DNA of 64,000 nucleotides from Limnothrix sp. BL-A-16 (lineage in GTDB: Bacteria > Cyanobacteriota > Cyanobacteriia > CACIAM-69d), in the NCBI GenBank assembly GCA_041937175.2, contig CP166615.1, positions 576,001 to 640,000 of the forward strand, given 5' to 3'. Shown here one piece after another: positions 48,966 through 58,915 of this stretch. Made by a program: the position numbers and the translations under genes. The notes under the pieces are model-generated. The model searched no databases and was not told where the DNA came from. It worked only from the letters and a program-made list of their open reading frames with translations. How positions within the stretch are numbered: the first letter of the stretch is position 1; every line of letters starts with the position of its first letter.

Positions 48966-50905
48966 GCAAAATCCCCCGCTCCGGCGGGGCCGCAATTGAA
49001 ACGGTGTGGACATGAACGGCAACCCCGTGATCGCACGCAAAATCCCCCGCTCCGGCGGGGCCGCAATTGAAACCACTCAGGAAATCGTGTTCCCAAATCC
49101 CTCTGGTGAGCAAAATCCCCCGCTCCGGCGGGGCCGCAATTGAAACCGTGTCGGTACAGTTGGCAATCCACTCGCCCAATCCGCAAAATCCCCCGCTCCG
49201 GCGGGGCCGCAATTGAAACCGTATCGGTGACGCGGTAGCTAGCCCCCCATTTGCGGGCAAAATCCCCCGCTCCGGCGGGGCCGCAATTGAAACCACCAAT
49301 CCGGACAAAGCAGATCCCTGGTATGTGGGCAAAATCCCCCGCTCCGGCGGGGCCGCAATTGAAACAATGCCGCCATCCATGCCCACCGATTTGGCCCCGA
49401 GTGCAAAATCCCCCGCTCCGGCGGGGCCGCAATTGAAACACCGGGACAGCCAAGCAAGAGCTGGCCCAAGGGCTGCAAAATCCCCCGCTCCGGCGGGGCC
49501 GCAATTGAAACTGGCTCAATTTCCTGGAAACCTTTGCCACACCGGGCACTGCAAAATCCCCCGCTCCGGCGGGGCCGCAATTGAAACTTGCTGGCTGGCT
49601 GATGGCTCGATCGCCTCATCGCAAAATCCCCCGCTCCGGCGGGGCCGCAATTGAAACTTCGGCGGTGGGGGCGGGGGCGGCGATTGGGGCGGTGCAAAAT
49701 CCCCCGCTCCGGCGGGGCCGCAATTGAAACAGCCCTTAGTCTGGTCTCCAGATTGAGGGCTTTTTGAGCAAAATCCCCCGCTCCGGCGGGGCCGCAATTG
49801 AAACGCTTTTTAACGGTTTTTGGAGAGGGTCGCAAGTGACGCAAAATCCCCCGCTCCGGCGGGGCCGCAATTGAAACCCTATCAAGCTCCCGCCCTGGCA
49901 TGAGAAGCGCCTAGCAAAATCCCCCGCTCCGGCGGGGCCGCAATTGAAACATCGTCAGTGAGCAGGTTTTTGCTGTTGGTGGTCATGGTGCAAAATCCCC
50001 CGCTCCGGCGAGGCCGCAATTGAAACGTGCCCAACTCGGGGCCATTCGCGTTGCGTTTTAATGCAAAATCCCCCGCTCCGGCGGGGCCGCAATTGAAACA
50101 GAGTCAGCTAAAAGAGTTCTGCACCTCAGTGCTATGCAAAATCCCCCGCTCCGGCGGGGCCGCAATTGAAACACTCAGGGCGTTTGCGAGCCGGGGGACT
50201 CGGTGCGGCAAAATCCCCCGCTCCGGCGGGGCCGCAATTGAAACATCCTTATCTGATTGCGACGGGACGATCATGTAACCGCAAAATCCCCCGCTCCGGC
50301 GGGGCCGCAATTGAAACCCACGTAACCCCGGCCAGCTCGGTAACTTTCCCGGTCAGCAAAATCCCCCGCTCCGGCGGGGCCGCAATTGAAACACGATGGA
50401 TTGTCAGTCCATGAGATATACAGGGCAGGCAAAATCCCCCGCTCCGGCGGGGCCGCAATTGAAACACCAGCCAACTGACTCGCGGCGACTACCTCTACGA
50501 CGCAAAATCCCCCGCTCCGGCGGGGCCGCAATTGAAACCCATCCAAGCGATCGCGCCGCCGTCACCGACACCTGCAAAATCCCCCGCTCCGGCGGGGCCG
50601 CAATTGAAACATGTCGCGCCAACTGGGCGGCTTGAACTGTACAAGCAAAATCCCCCGCTCCGGCGGGGCCGCAATTGAAACGATCTCGGGGAACCCGCCC
50701 GCACCTCGGGCCGCTTGCCCGCAAAATCCCCCGCTCCGGCGGGGCCGCAATTGAAACTAGGTAGACAGAAAACCGTTTGTGGAAGGTGTCATGCAAAATC
50801 CCCCGCTCCGGCGGGGCCGCAATTGAAACAGCCAGGGTCTTGATCCGCTCGGCCGCCTGATTGAGCGCGCAAAATCCCCCGCTCCGGCGGGGCCGCAATT
50901 GAAAC
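48966..50905 (+). CRISPR. CRISPR array: 27 repeats of 37 bp (GCAAAATCCCCCGCTCCGGCGGGGCCGCAATTGAAAC) and 26 unique spacers of about 33-39 bp
   Basis: Repeats counted directly; internal hairpin CCCCGC-TCCG-GCGGGG; one variant repeat (G>A) starting at 49990. Confidence 0.98.
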
Positions 50906-50915
50906 ATAACAACCT

Positions 50916-53000
50916 ATGAAAAAAACACCGATTAAAACATCTCAACCCCTCGCCAGACCCAACCAATTACTAACCACCCATCTTCAAGAAACCGCCAACT
51001 TTTCAAAACAAATCATTGCTCCCCATTCCCCCCCTTCCCTCCAATCGATCGCCTACCTCATTGGCGCATTACACGACCTTGGCAAAGCCAATCCTCAATG
51101 GCAAGCCAAACTGAATCGCCCAAACTCCGCCTTGCACGATCGCGTTCCCCACGCCGCCCACGGCGCATGGGTTGCCCTTGAACAGCTCAACCGAAATCCT
51201 GAAGGAGCCACCGCCAAAGCCATTGCCCACTGCATCGCTGCCCACCACACGCGCTTACGAAATTGGGGCGATCGGGAAGGAAAAATCTACGAAACCGAAA
51301 CCGTTGCTCAAACCTGTTGGGATCTTTTAAGACAACTGGATTCTGAGCTTCACGAATCCATCTTGCAAGCAGCCGCCAACAGCCATGAACTCCCCCACAA
51401 CAGCCAGGGTGAAATGACCGTTCGCTTGCTCTATTCCGCCCTCATTGAGGCCGATCGCTGCTCTGCGGCCGCAATTCAACCCGCCGCCTTTCCCGCTTCC
51501 TTGCTGCTTCAGCCTTCTCCTCCCGCCCCCGTTTGCCAACCTAAAGATCAATGGCGCAATTTATTTGCACAGCATTGCCAGCGATTAGCTGAACAACCGC
51601 CCGGCTGGTATCGAATTACTGGCCCCTGTGGTGTTGGCAAAACCCAAGCTTCCGCCCAAGCCATCGCTCAACATATTCAACACAATCAGATGCGCGGGCT
51701 AATCTTTGTGGGGCCGCTGAAATCCGTCATTGAACAGACCGCCCATCACTATCGCCGCTGGTTTGGCGCTGAACAGGTGCTGGAACATCACGGCGATTTT
51801 GATAGCAGTCAAGATGCCGACTATCGCGATCGCTGCGCCCGTTGGAATAGTCCCGTCATCTGCACAAGCGGCGCACAGTTCTTTGATTCACTGCTGAGCG
51901 ATCGAGCAGGGCGTTGCCGCAAGCTTCAGCAATTAATTGGCCGAGCCATTGTGATTGATGAGGCTCAATATTTACCACCTCATTTGGCTGTTCCTGTTCT
52001 GTCAGCCCTCAACACTTTGGTTCAACAATTTGGTTGCACAGTTGTGTTGATGTCAGCCACAAATCCCGCCTTTTCTGGGGTTGCAAAGGTACTGGAAGAG
52101 GCCGGCAGTCCGCTGCCACCTTGGGTTGATGTGGTGCAACCGGATGAAGTCAAGTCTCTGTTTGCTGCCATGACCACAACGAGCTGGCGCTTGGGCGGCC
52201 CCATGAACTGGAACGCGATCGCGAAAGATGTGCAGTCTGCGGGTTGCACTTCCGTGGCCACGATTGTAAATACAACCGCCCTAGCCCGAACTGCCGCAAT
52301 TCAACTGCAAGAATCATTGGCCGATTGGACAATTGCCCACCTTTCGGCGCGGATGTATCCCCAACATCGTGGCCAAACGATTCAGGCAGTACGCCAGGTA
52401 ATTCAACGGGGCGATCGCATTTTGCTGGTCGGTACTCAGGTTATTGAGGCCGGCGTTGATCTGGATTTTCAGCGTCTCTACACCCAAATGGCTCCGTTAG
52501 ACTCCCTGTTGCAGCGGGCGGGGCGATGCGATCGCAATGGTTGTCATCCTGGCTCTGTCGTCACCATTTTTGAGACGGGCCAGGCTTTTGATGTGCGCCA
52601 AACAGATATTGCGGTCACTCGCCCACTGCTGGAGAAAGCTATTGCATCCACCGATGGAATGCTTGAGGCGATCGATCAGTTCTATAGGACTATCTATAGT
52701 CGCGATCGGATCCAAACGGGAATTGAGATCGAGCGTCTGCGTCATTACTGGCAATTTGGTGATGTGGCTGACCGAGCTAAAACGATTGAAGAGGGCGATC
52801 GCATTCGGGTGGTCATTCCTAATTCAGATCTCGATCTGGCCAAGCTATCCAATCAAAAATTAACCTGGAAAGATTGGCGAGAAATCAGTCGCTACTCAGT
52901 TTCTATCCCCCTCAAATATCAAAAAAGTATCGAATTTTGTGCCAATGGCTTGCCCGTCTGGCGCGGTGGATATGACCAATTTGGTTGGGTTGATCCTTAG
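50916..53000 (+). CDS. cas3: Cas3 HD nuclease-helicase
   Basis: THL; LHDLGKA; IAAHH; EADR; Walker A GPCGVGKT; DEAQ; MSAT; TQVIEAGVD.DF; QRAGRCDR. Confidence 0.93.
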   Translation: MKKTPIKTSQPLARPNQLLTTHLQETANFSKQIIAPHSPPSLQSIAYLIGALHDLGKANPQWQAKLNRPNSALHDRVPHAAHGAWVALEQLNRNPEGATAKAIAHCIAAHHTRLRNWGDREGKIYETETVAQTCWDLLRQLDSELHESILQAAANSHELPHNSQGEMTVRLLYSALIEADRCSAAAIQPAAFPASLLLQPSPPAPVCQPKDQWRNLFAQHCQRLAEQPPGWYRITGPCGVGKTQASAQAIAQHIQHNQMRGLIFVGPLKSVIEQTAHHYRRWFGAEQVLEHHGDFDSSQDADYRDRCARWNSPVICTSGAQFFDSLLSDRAGRCRKLQQLIGRAIVIDEAQYLPPHLAVPVLSALNTLVQQFGCTVVLMSATNPAFSGVAKVLEEAGSPLPPWVDVVQPDEVKSLFAAMTTTSWRLGGPMNWNAIAKDVQSAGCTSVATIVNTTALARTAAIQLQESLADWTIAHLSARMYPQHRGQTIQAVRQVIQRGDRILLVGTQVIEAGVDLDFQRLYTQMAPLDSLLQRAGRCDRNGCHPGSVVTIFETGQAFDVRQTDIAVTRPLLEKAIASTDGMLEAIDQFYRTIYSRDRIQTGIEIERLRHYWQFGDVADRAKTIEEGDRIRVVIPNSDLDLAKLSNQKLTWKDWREISRYSVSIPLKYQKSIEFCANGLPVWRGGYDQFGWVDP

Positions 53001-53025
53001 CTGACTGAGGCCGATCACCTGTCAA

Positions 53026-53562
53026 TCAGCGGGTCAAAGGAGCAGCACCATACCAACCTTGGAGATAGGTTTGCAGCATGGCGGCGGCCGTCGTGCGGCT
53101 GGGGGCCCGATCGGGCATAGACCACCACCCCCAAGCGTGATCGGGCGATCGCCAAAAGGCCTGGTGGGACAGGGGTGGATCGGCCCAAAACTGCGCCCGC
53201 CCGGCCCCCAACCAAGCGGAACTGTGGTGCGTCCATTGATCGTGGCTGAACCGATAAATTGGCAGTCCTCCCGGCAGCGCCACCCCCCAACCATCCCAGG
53301 CAAACACCGCCCGCACTCGCCCACCGCGCCGCTGCCAAGCCTGAGCGGCTCCCAAGGCCGCCACCACTCCCGCACTGAAGCCAATTAGCCCGATCGCCCG
53401 TTGGGGATCGATCTCCCGCAGCGCCTCCAGCACCCGATCGCCCCGATAGGTAGCCTCCCAAATCACCAAAGGTTGCGGCCAGGCGGGTTTCCAGGTGGCT
53501 GCTAAAAACTGTTCCGTCGCCGATCGATCCGCAAAGCCGGGACAAATGCAACAAATCGGCAT
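53026..53562 (-). CDS. Hypothetical alpha/beta hydrolase-like protein
   Basis: ICPG, GFSAGVV (nucleophile elbow-like), DGWG, SHD.WTH. Confidence 0.65.
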   Translation of the reverse strand: MPICCICPGFADRSATEQFLAATWKPAWPQPLVIWEATYRGDRVLEALREIDPQRAIGLIGFSAGVVAALGAAQAWQRRGGRVRAVFAWDGWGVALPGGLPIYRFSHDQWTHHSSAWLGAGRAQFWADPPLSHQAFWRSPDHAWGWWSMPDRAPSRTTAAAMLQTYLQGWYGAAPLTR

Positions 53563-53960
53563 GGCGGCCTTGGTTCGTTGGGTCTGATCCCTCTGGATTG
53601 GAAGATCGTGAGCGAGTTGACCGTTATTTTGAGGGTCATGAATTTGAGAACCAGAGGCTTGATTTTCCCCATGGAGACAATTCCAAGAATTCCAATATTT
53701 TGCAGACCTATTTAAATTTTTCATCGAAATTGTTACCCAATTTTTGATTGATCTTTGCGTTTAGTGACCAAGCATTACAAAAAGATAAAAGTCCTGATCA
53801 AGATCTCCAAAGAAATTTGTCTTCTTCTCAAGAATTTCCCTTAACTGATGCCGATTGACCAACTGAAATCTGATTCCGCTTTCATAATAGAAATGAATCC
53901 CCCCATGAGGCATTTGCTGTGGCTGCGTCTTCCCAAAAGGCTGAAGGTCAATCCCCCCTG

Positions 53961-55211
53961 ATGGCAACCCAAATCAGCGCGATCGACCCATCGGAAGCCG
54001 AAACTGGGCCCGGTGGTGATCGGGTGGCGGTTTTGCTGATGGGCTATGGCGAGGTGGAATCCTATGCGGATTTTGCCAATTACAACGAACAGGCTTTGAA
54101 CCTGTTAACTGCCAAGTTTGCTCCGGTTCCTCAATGGGTTTATCCGCCTTTGGCAAAATTATTGGCGGCTTTTGATTTGCATGAGTGGAGTCACCAGCAC
54201 GGTCAGTTTATTTCCCCCCACAATGCCATTTTTGAGCGTCAACGATCGGGCATTGAGCAAGCACTCAAACAACGTTGGGGCGATCGCGTCTCGGTGTTTA
54301 AGGCGTTTAACTTTTGTCGTCCCCATTTGCCAGAGCAAGTTTTGGCAGAAATTCGCGATCGGGGATTTAGCAAGTTACTGATTTATCCCTTACTGGTGGT
54401 GGACTCGATTTTCACCAGTGGAATTGCCATTGAGCAGGTCAACCGGGCCTTGAGTCAGTTAACCGATGGCGACACCCATTGGGTGCGATCAATGCGCTAT
54501 TTCCCGTCGTTTCATGACCAGGCTAGCTATATTCAACTGCTGGCGAAGTTGGTGAGCGAAAAAATTGATCGGGACTGGCGATCTCACTTCTTGCCGTCGC
54601 AAATTGGCATTGTGCTGCTGAATCATGGTTGTCCCCACGAAGCCAAGGGGTTTGTGTCAGGAATTGCTGAAAGCCAAGCCCTATATGAATCGGTGCGTCG
54701 GGAGCTGATCACTCGCTATCCCCTGATTTCGATCGGCTGGCTCAATCACGATACGCCCATGATCGATTGGACACAGCCCAATGCTCAATTGGCGGCTCGC
54801 AATTTAATTGAACTGGGAGCCAAAGCAATTTTGATGGCCCCGATCGGGTTTGCCACCGAAAACCATGAAACCTTACTGGATGTGGACCATATTTTCCTAG
54901 CGCTCCAGCGTCAATATCCTGAGGTGGTTTATCAACAATTGCCCTGCGTAAATGATCACCCTGAGTTTTTGGCCATGGCGGCGGATTGGGCTGATCCGCT
55001 GATTACGGAGTTATTGGCAGAAACCAGCGCTGTAATTCACTTCGCCGGGTTCGATCGCTCCAGCCTTGATTCCGCGCATCATCACCACCAAAGCCATAGC
55101 CATGATCATGGTCATGATCACAGTCACGATCACGGTCATGCTCATGGTGACAATCATAGCCATCACGGCCATTCCCATGATCACGCTCATCATCAACATT
55201 CCCATCATTAA
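53961..55211 (+). CDS. Ferrochelatase-family chelatase with a His-rich C-terminal tail
   Basis: VLLMGYG, ISP, NHGCP, PIGFATENHETLLD, CVNDHP; about 45-aa His-rich tail; no CAB domain. Confidence 0.8.
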   Translation: MATQISAIDPSEAETGPGGDRVAVLLMGYGEVESYADFANYNEQALNLLTAKFAPVPQWVYPPLAKLLAAFDLHEWSHQHGQFISPHNAIFERQRSGIEQALKQRWGDRVSVFKAFNFCRPHLPEQVLAEIRDRGFSKLLIYPLLVVDSIFTSGIAIEQVNRALSQLTDGDTHWVRSMRYFPSFHDQASYIQLLAKLVSEKIDRDWRSHFLPSQIGIVLLNHGCPHEAKGFVSGIAESQALYESVRRELITRYPLISIGWLNHDTPMIDWTQPNAQLAARNLIELGAKAILMAPIGFATENHETLLDVDHIFLALQRQYPEVVYQQLPCVNDHPEFLAMAADWADPLITELLAETSAVIHFAGFDRSSLDSAHHHHQSHSHDHGHDHSHDHGHAHGDNHSHHGHSHDHAHHQHSHH

Positions 55212-55221
55212 GGTTTCAAAT

Positions 55222-56025
55222 TCAAGGTTTCAAATTCAGCGATAGTTGCAGAATTGAAGCGGGATGATTCGGTGTGGGAATTGGCTCGGGACTGGTGGTT
55301 TGGGCTGGGCAATATTGTTTGTAATGACACTGATCGCAATGGGTTCCGGGATTGGGTTCCCAGGCGCGATCGGTTCGTAATCGCTGGGCCAAGTCTGCAA
55401 TCACCGCCTGGGCTGCGATCAACCGTTCTTCAGTGACGGGAATTCGCACCGATTCCCCGGGCCGCAAAAAAATGAGGTTGATGTATTTCAGCTCCCGTTC
55501 CCATTGTTGATTGATGGCGATCGCGTAGAGGCCCACTTGCATCGTGAGCTGATCAAAATCTGGCTCCACAAATTGCCGTGAGGTTTTGTACTCAATTAAT
55601 TCGAGGGAGTCTAAATCAAACCAATCGAGGCGATCGAGCCGACCCGTGAGGGCAAATTCCAAGTCATTGATTTGTAATCGACCTTGAATTTTGGCCTCCG
55701 TGGCCAGGGGTTTGAGGAAGCGATCGCTCGGTTCAATCCAGTGATGGAAATAGCGCACCAAAATATCGTAGCCCTCGGCAATTTGGCGCTCCGTGAGACC
55801 AGCGGTTTCTTGAGTCCAGCAAGCATCAATCCAACTGAGTCCTGGTTTTTGGGGATAGCTATAGTCCCAATCGCGGTAAATTCGCGTGAGTGCCCCATGG
55901 AGCGATCGCCCTAGGGCCGCGCCGCCAAAACCCGCCGTCGGAATTTTATATTCATAGCGAAATTGATATCGAGCGGGACAGGTTTGGTAGGTGGTTAATT
56001 TGGCCGGCGAGAGTCGATAGGACAT
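55222..56025 (-). CDS. PD-(D/E)XK RecB-like nuclease with four Cys
   Basis: LSP.KL..Y..CP; G..LH; GRLDRLD; IEYKT; Q..LY; C-terminal CDQC....CP. Confidence 0.82.
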   Translation of the reverse strand: MSYRLSPAKLTTYQTCPARYQFRYEYKIPTAGFGGAALGRSLHGALTRIYRDWDYSYPQKPGLSWIDACWTQETAGLTERQIAEGYDILVRYFHHWIEPSDRFLKPLATEAKIQGRLQINDLEFALTGRLDRLDWFDLDSLELIEYKTSRQFVEPDFDQLTMQVGLYAIAINQQWERELKYINLIFLRPGESVRIPVTEERLIAAQAVIADLAQRLRTDRAWEPNPGTHCDQCHYKQYCPAQTTSPEPIPTPNHPASILQLSLNLKP

Positions 56026-56175
56026 TTGGCTTCAGAGGGCTTCAGAAAAACCGGGAATTTGTGACCGCAGAATCTACCGCAGAATCTATAGACTAAAAAG
56101 AATTGGGAGCCGATGCTTAATTTCGGTTAGATTTGCTTAGATTTAAGACATAACTTCAATTTTAAGTCCTCCAAA

Positions 56176-57366
56176 ATGGCCATGGGAATGCGAGCGATCG
56201 GGTTAATGAGCGGCACCTCCGTTGATGGAATCGATGCGGCATTGGTGGAACTGTCGGGAACGGAAACAGACTTGGAAGTGAAGCTACTGCGGTCTGAAAC
56301 CTTTGACTATCCAGCGGCCTTGCGATCACAAATTTTGGCGGTTTGTGCCGGTGAATCCCTATCCATGGCGGCCATGGCTCAGTTGGACGACGCGATCGCC
56401 CGGGAATTTGCGGCGGCCGCCAAAACGATCCAAACGGCACAACCGGATCCAGAACCCATCCGCTTCATTGGTTCCCACGGCCAAACGGTGTTCCATCGCC
56501 CACCCCAAACGGCCAACGAGCAACCCCTGGGCTACAGCTTGCAGTTGGGTCGCGGCAGCGCGATCGCCCACTGGAGCGGCATCACCACCGTCAGCAACTT
56601 TCGGGTGGGTGACTTGGCCATGGGCGGCCAGGGTGCGCCGTTGGTGCCTCGGGTGGATGCTTACCTGTTGGGTGATGAGCAGGAATGTCGCTGTGTGCAA
56701 AATATTGGCGGCATTGGCAATGTGACCTATTTACCGGCCCGGCGGGGTTTTGCCAGTTTGACGGACTGGGAGGGGGCCGTTTGGGGTTGGGATACGGGGC
56801 CGGGCAATGTGTTGGTGGATTTGGCGGTGCAACACCTGACGGACGGGGCCCAAACCTTCGATCGCGATGGAGCCTGGGCGGCCCAAGGACAGATTTCAGA
56901 TCCCCTGGTGACCCAGTGGCTGGCGGATCCCTTCTTTAGTCAGGAACCACCCAAGTCAACCGGACGCGAGCACTTTGGCCCGGACTGGTTGGCCCGCAGC
57001 CGCCAAGCGGCGATCGCCCTGGATCTGTCCGATGCCGATTGGTTAGCCAGCCTCACGGAACTGACGGCCCGTTCCATTGCCGACAGTTACCGCAACCACT
57101 TGCCCCAACTGCCCGATCGGGTCTTGGTCTGCGGGGGTGGCAGTCGCAATCGCACCCTCTGGGCCCGTCTGCAACATCATTTGGGAGCGATCCCACTGGA
57201 AACCACGGATCAATGGGGACTCTGTGCCAGCAGCAAGGAGGCGATCGCCTTTGCCGTTTTGGGCTACTGGCGACTGCTCGATCGCCCCGGCAACCTGCCC
57301 GCCGCCACGGGAGCACGGCAATCCGTACCCCTCGGCGAGGTGTGGCCCGCCCCCAGCGCAGGGTAA
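56176..57366 (+). CDS. anmK: Anhydro-N-acetylmuramic acid kinase
   Basis: [56 protein letters not shown]. Confidence 0.95.
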   Translation: MAMGMRAIGLMSGTSVDGIDAALVELSGTETDLEVKLLRSETFDYPAALRSQILAVCAGESLSMAAMAQLDDAIAREFAAAAKTIQTAQPDPEPIRFIGSHGQTVFHRPPQTANEQPLGYSLQLGRGSAIAHWSGITTVSNFRVGDLAMGGQGAPLVPRVDAYLLGDEQECRCVQNIGGIGNVTYLPARRGFASLTDWEGAVWGWDTGPGNVLVDLAVQHLTDGAQTFDRDGAWAAQGQISDPLVTQWLADPFFSQEPPKSTGREHFGPDWLARSRQAAIALDLSDADWLASLTELTARSIADSYRNHLPQLPDRVLVCGGGSRNRTLWARLQHHLGAIPLETTDQWGLCASSKEAIAFAVLGYWRLLDRPGNLPAATGARQSVPLGEVWPAPSAG

Positions 57367-57428
57367 ACTCGATGGCAGGTTCGTAACAAAACATTTCAAA
57401 TCTGAGTTTTCCCCTGGAGGCCCCACCC

Positions 57429-57869
57429 TTGGCAACCCCCACCGGATTCGGCAAGCCCAAAGCCCAACCCAAAGCAAAATCGAACGATCGCCGCGCCGCC
57501 GCCGCCAGTCAGCTTGATGAGATGCGATCGAAGGGAATGCCGGAATTTGAAGTTTACGTGCGGGTCAAAGACCAGAAACCCTGGTACCCGGTTGGGGCCC
57601 TGGCGGTGAACCGCAGTAATCAAATTAACCAGGCCATCTTTGCCAATGAAAATGACCTGCGCCAAGGGGCGTTCCGGCTTTTTCCGCGCCTGAAAAAACA
57701 GCAGGGCAATTTGGAATATGGCTATCGAATTAAGGCCTATAAGGACGATCCGATTACCCTTGCGGTTCAACCCACGTCGGTGTTGCCTGGGCCACTGCAA
57801 GGGGCGATCGACCAAGTGCGGGAAGGTCTGGGCAGTTTGGTCAGTCGGTTCACGGCCCGCCGCTCCTAG
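57429..57869 (+). CDS. HHL1-like cyanobacterial protein
   Basis: PEFEVYVR...WYPVGALAV.RS..I..AIF.NE..L..GA.RLFP...LEYGYR. Confidence 0.7.
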   Translation: MATPTGFGKPKAQPKAKSNDRRAAAASQLDEMRSKGMPEFEVYVRVKDQKPWYPVGALAVNRSNQINQAIFANENDLRQGAFRLFPRLKKQQGNLEYGYRIKAYKDDPITLAVQPTSVLPGPLQGAIDQVREGLGSLVSRFTARRS

Positions 57870-57905
57870 CGCCTCATTTCCTAACTTCCTAACCTAAGAA
57901 GTTAA

Positions 57906-58275
57906 GAGGATGTTTACAAAGGATCTTGAGACGCTTGCCAATCCCCAATAGTCGTGGAGGCAAGGGGCTTAGGGCGTGTCGTCAAATCGCCTGAAGCCTT
58001 GATTCCGCCGTTGGCAGATCGTGGGGGACAAGGGGCTTAAGCCCCTTGTTACAATGACTGGGACATGGAAAATCAATCGTTTCCGCCCGATCCTAGGAAA
58101 TGACGACAGGCCCTAAGCCCCTTGTCTACGTTGATCGCTGGGGCCTATGGATTTGAGAAGGATCTTGAGACGCTTGCTAATCCCCAATAGTCGTGGGGGC
58201 AAGGGTCTTAAGCCCCTTGTCTGCGTCGATCGCTGGGGTCTATGGAGTCGCAATTTTGGCTTTTCAAACAGCCTC
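57906..58275. mobile_element. Composite non-autonomous element (outer MITE with an internal duplication and a nested MITE)
   Basis: Imperfect TIRs gaggatgtttacaaag / cttttcaaacagcctc; internal duplicated unit aaggatcttgagacgcttgc.aatccccaatagtcgtgg. Confidence 0.7.
57972..58113. mobile_element. 142-bp MITE with 13-bp TIRs and a TA target duplication
   Basis: TIRs GGGCGTGTCGTCA / TGACGACAGGCCC (1 mismatch), flanked by TA on both sides; removing it restores CAAGGGGCTTAAGCCCCTTG. Confidence 0.85.
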
Positions 58276-58420
58276 TACGACCCAAGTTCGAGTCTCACGA
58301 CCTAGGGCGATCGGGCAGTAACCATTACTGGGATCGCCCCCAAGATCGACCATCAGCGCAATTTGGCTAAGATGGTGACCTACAGAAGCATTGGACTCTT
58401 TCACCAGGAGAGCGATCGGC

Positions 58421-58777
58421 ATGGCCCAACCCGTTCCGCCCGTCATTTTGGCCCCCGTTGAAGATTTGGACCGCGAACGCCAATGGCTGGAGCAGTCCCT
58501 CGCAAACCTCCTCGACTCGGAATATATTCCCGAGGCCGTGAACAGCCAAATTGCCCGCGTAGCCACCAATGCCTATATCCGTCAGCGCATGGAAGGCGAG
58601 GATGATATTGATGGCATTGCGATCGCAATTTTGACGGAAATGCAGGGGTTTGACTTTTCCAAGAGCTTTTTCAGTGAATTTGCGATCGCCAATGCGGTGA
58701 GTGAGCTACTGCTCGATCGGATGGGCATTGAACCCTGTTGTGGTCGCGGCCGCTTTGATCCGCCGGCCGCCGCTTAG
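58421..58777 (+). CDS. Conserved cyanobacterial hypothetical protein
   Basis: WL...L..LLD.E.IPE.VN..IA......Y.RQRMEGE.D...SFFSEF.IANAVS.LL. Confidence 0.65.
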   Translation: MAQPVPPVILAPVEDLDRERQWLEQSLANLLDSEYIPEAVNSQIARVATNAYIRQRMEGEDDIDGIAIAILTEMQGFDFSKSFFSEFAIANAVSELLLDRMGIEPCCGRGRFDPPAAA

Positions 58778-58915
58778 GAAGCTACCGGGGTTAATCAACA
58801 GCTACTTGGGCGTTGCTGCCATCCAGCCGCAACCCTGAGCACCAGTCCACGGAAAAAACCAATCTTTCGATAGGATGGGAAGGCAGAAAGGTAACCGCCA
58901 AAGACCGCCCCACCC

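Noticed and set aside
48745..50966. Multiple ORFs with repeated peptides (VSIAAPPERGIL etc.)
   Set aside because: Translations of the CRISPR repeats, not genes
50937..50975. Possible degenerate 28th repeat inside the start of cas3
   Set aside because: Only scattered matches (cccc.cgc, caatt) and no hairpin; compatible with chance
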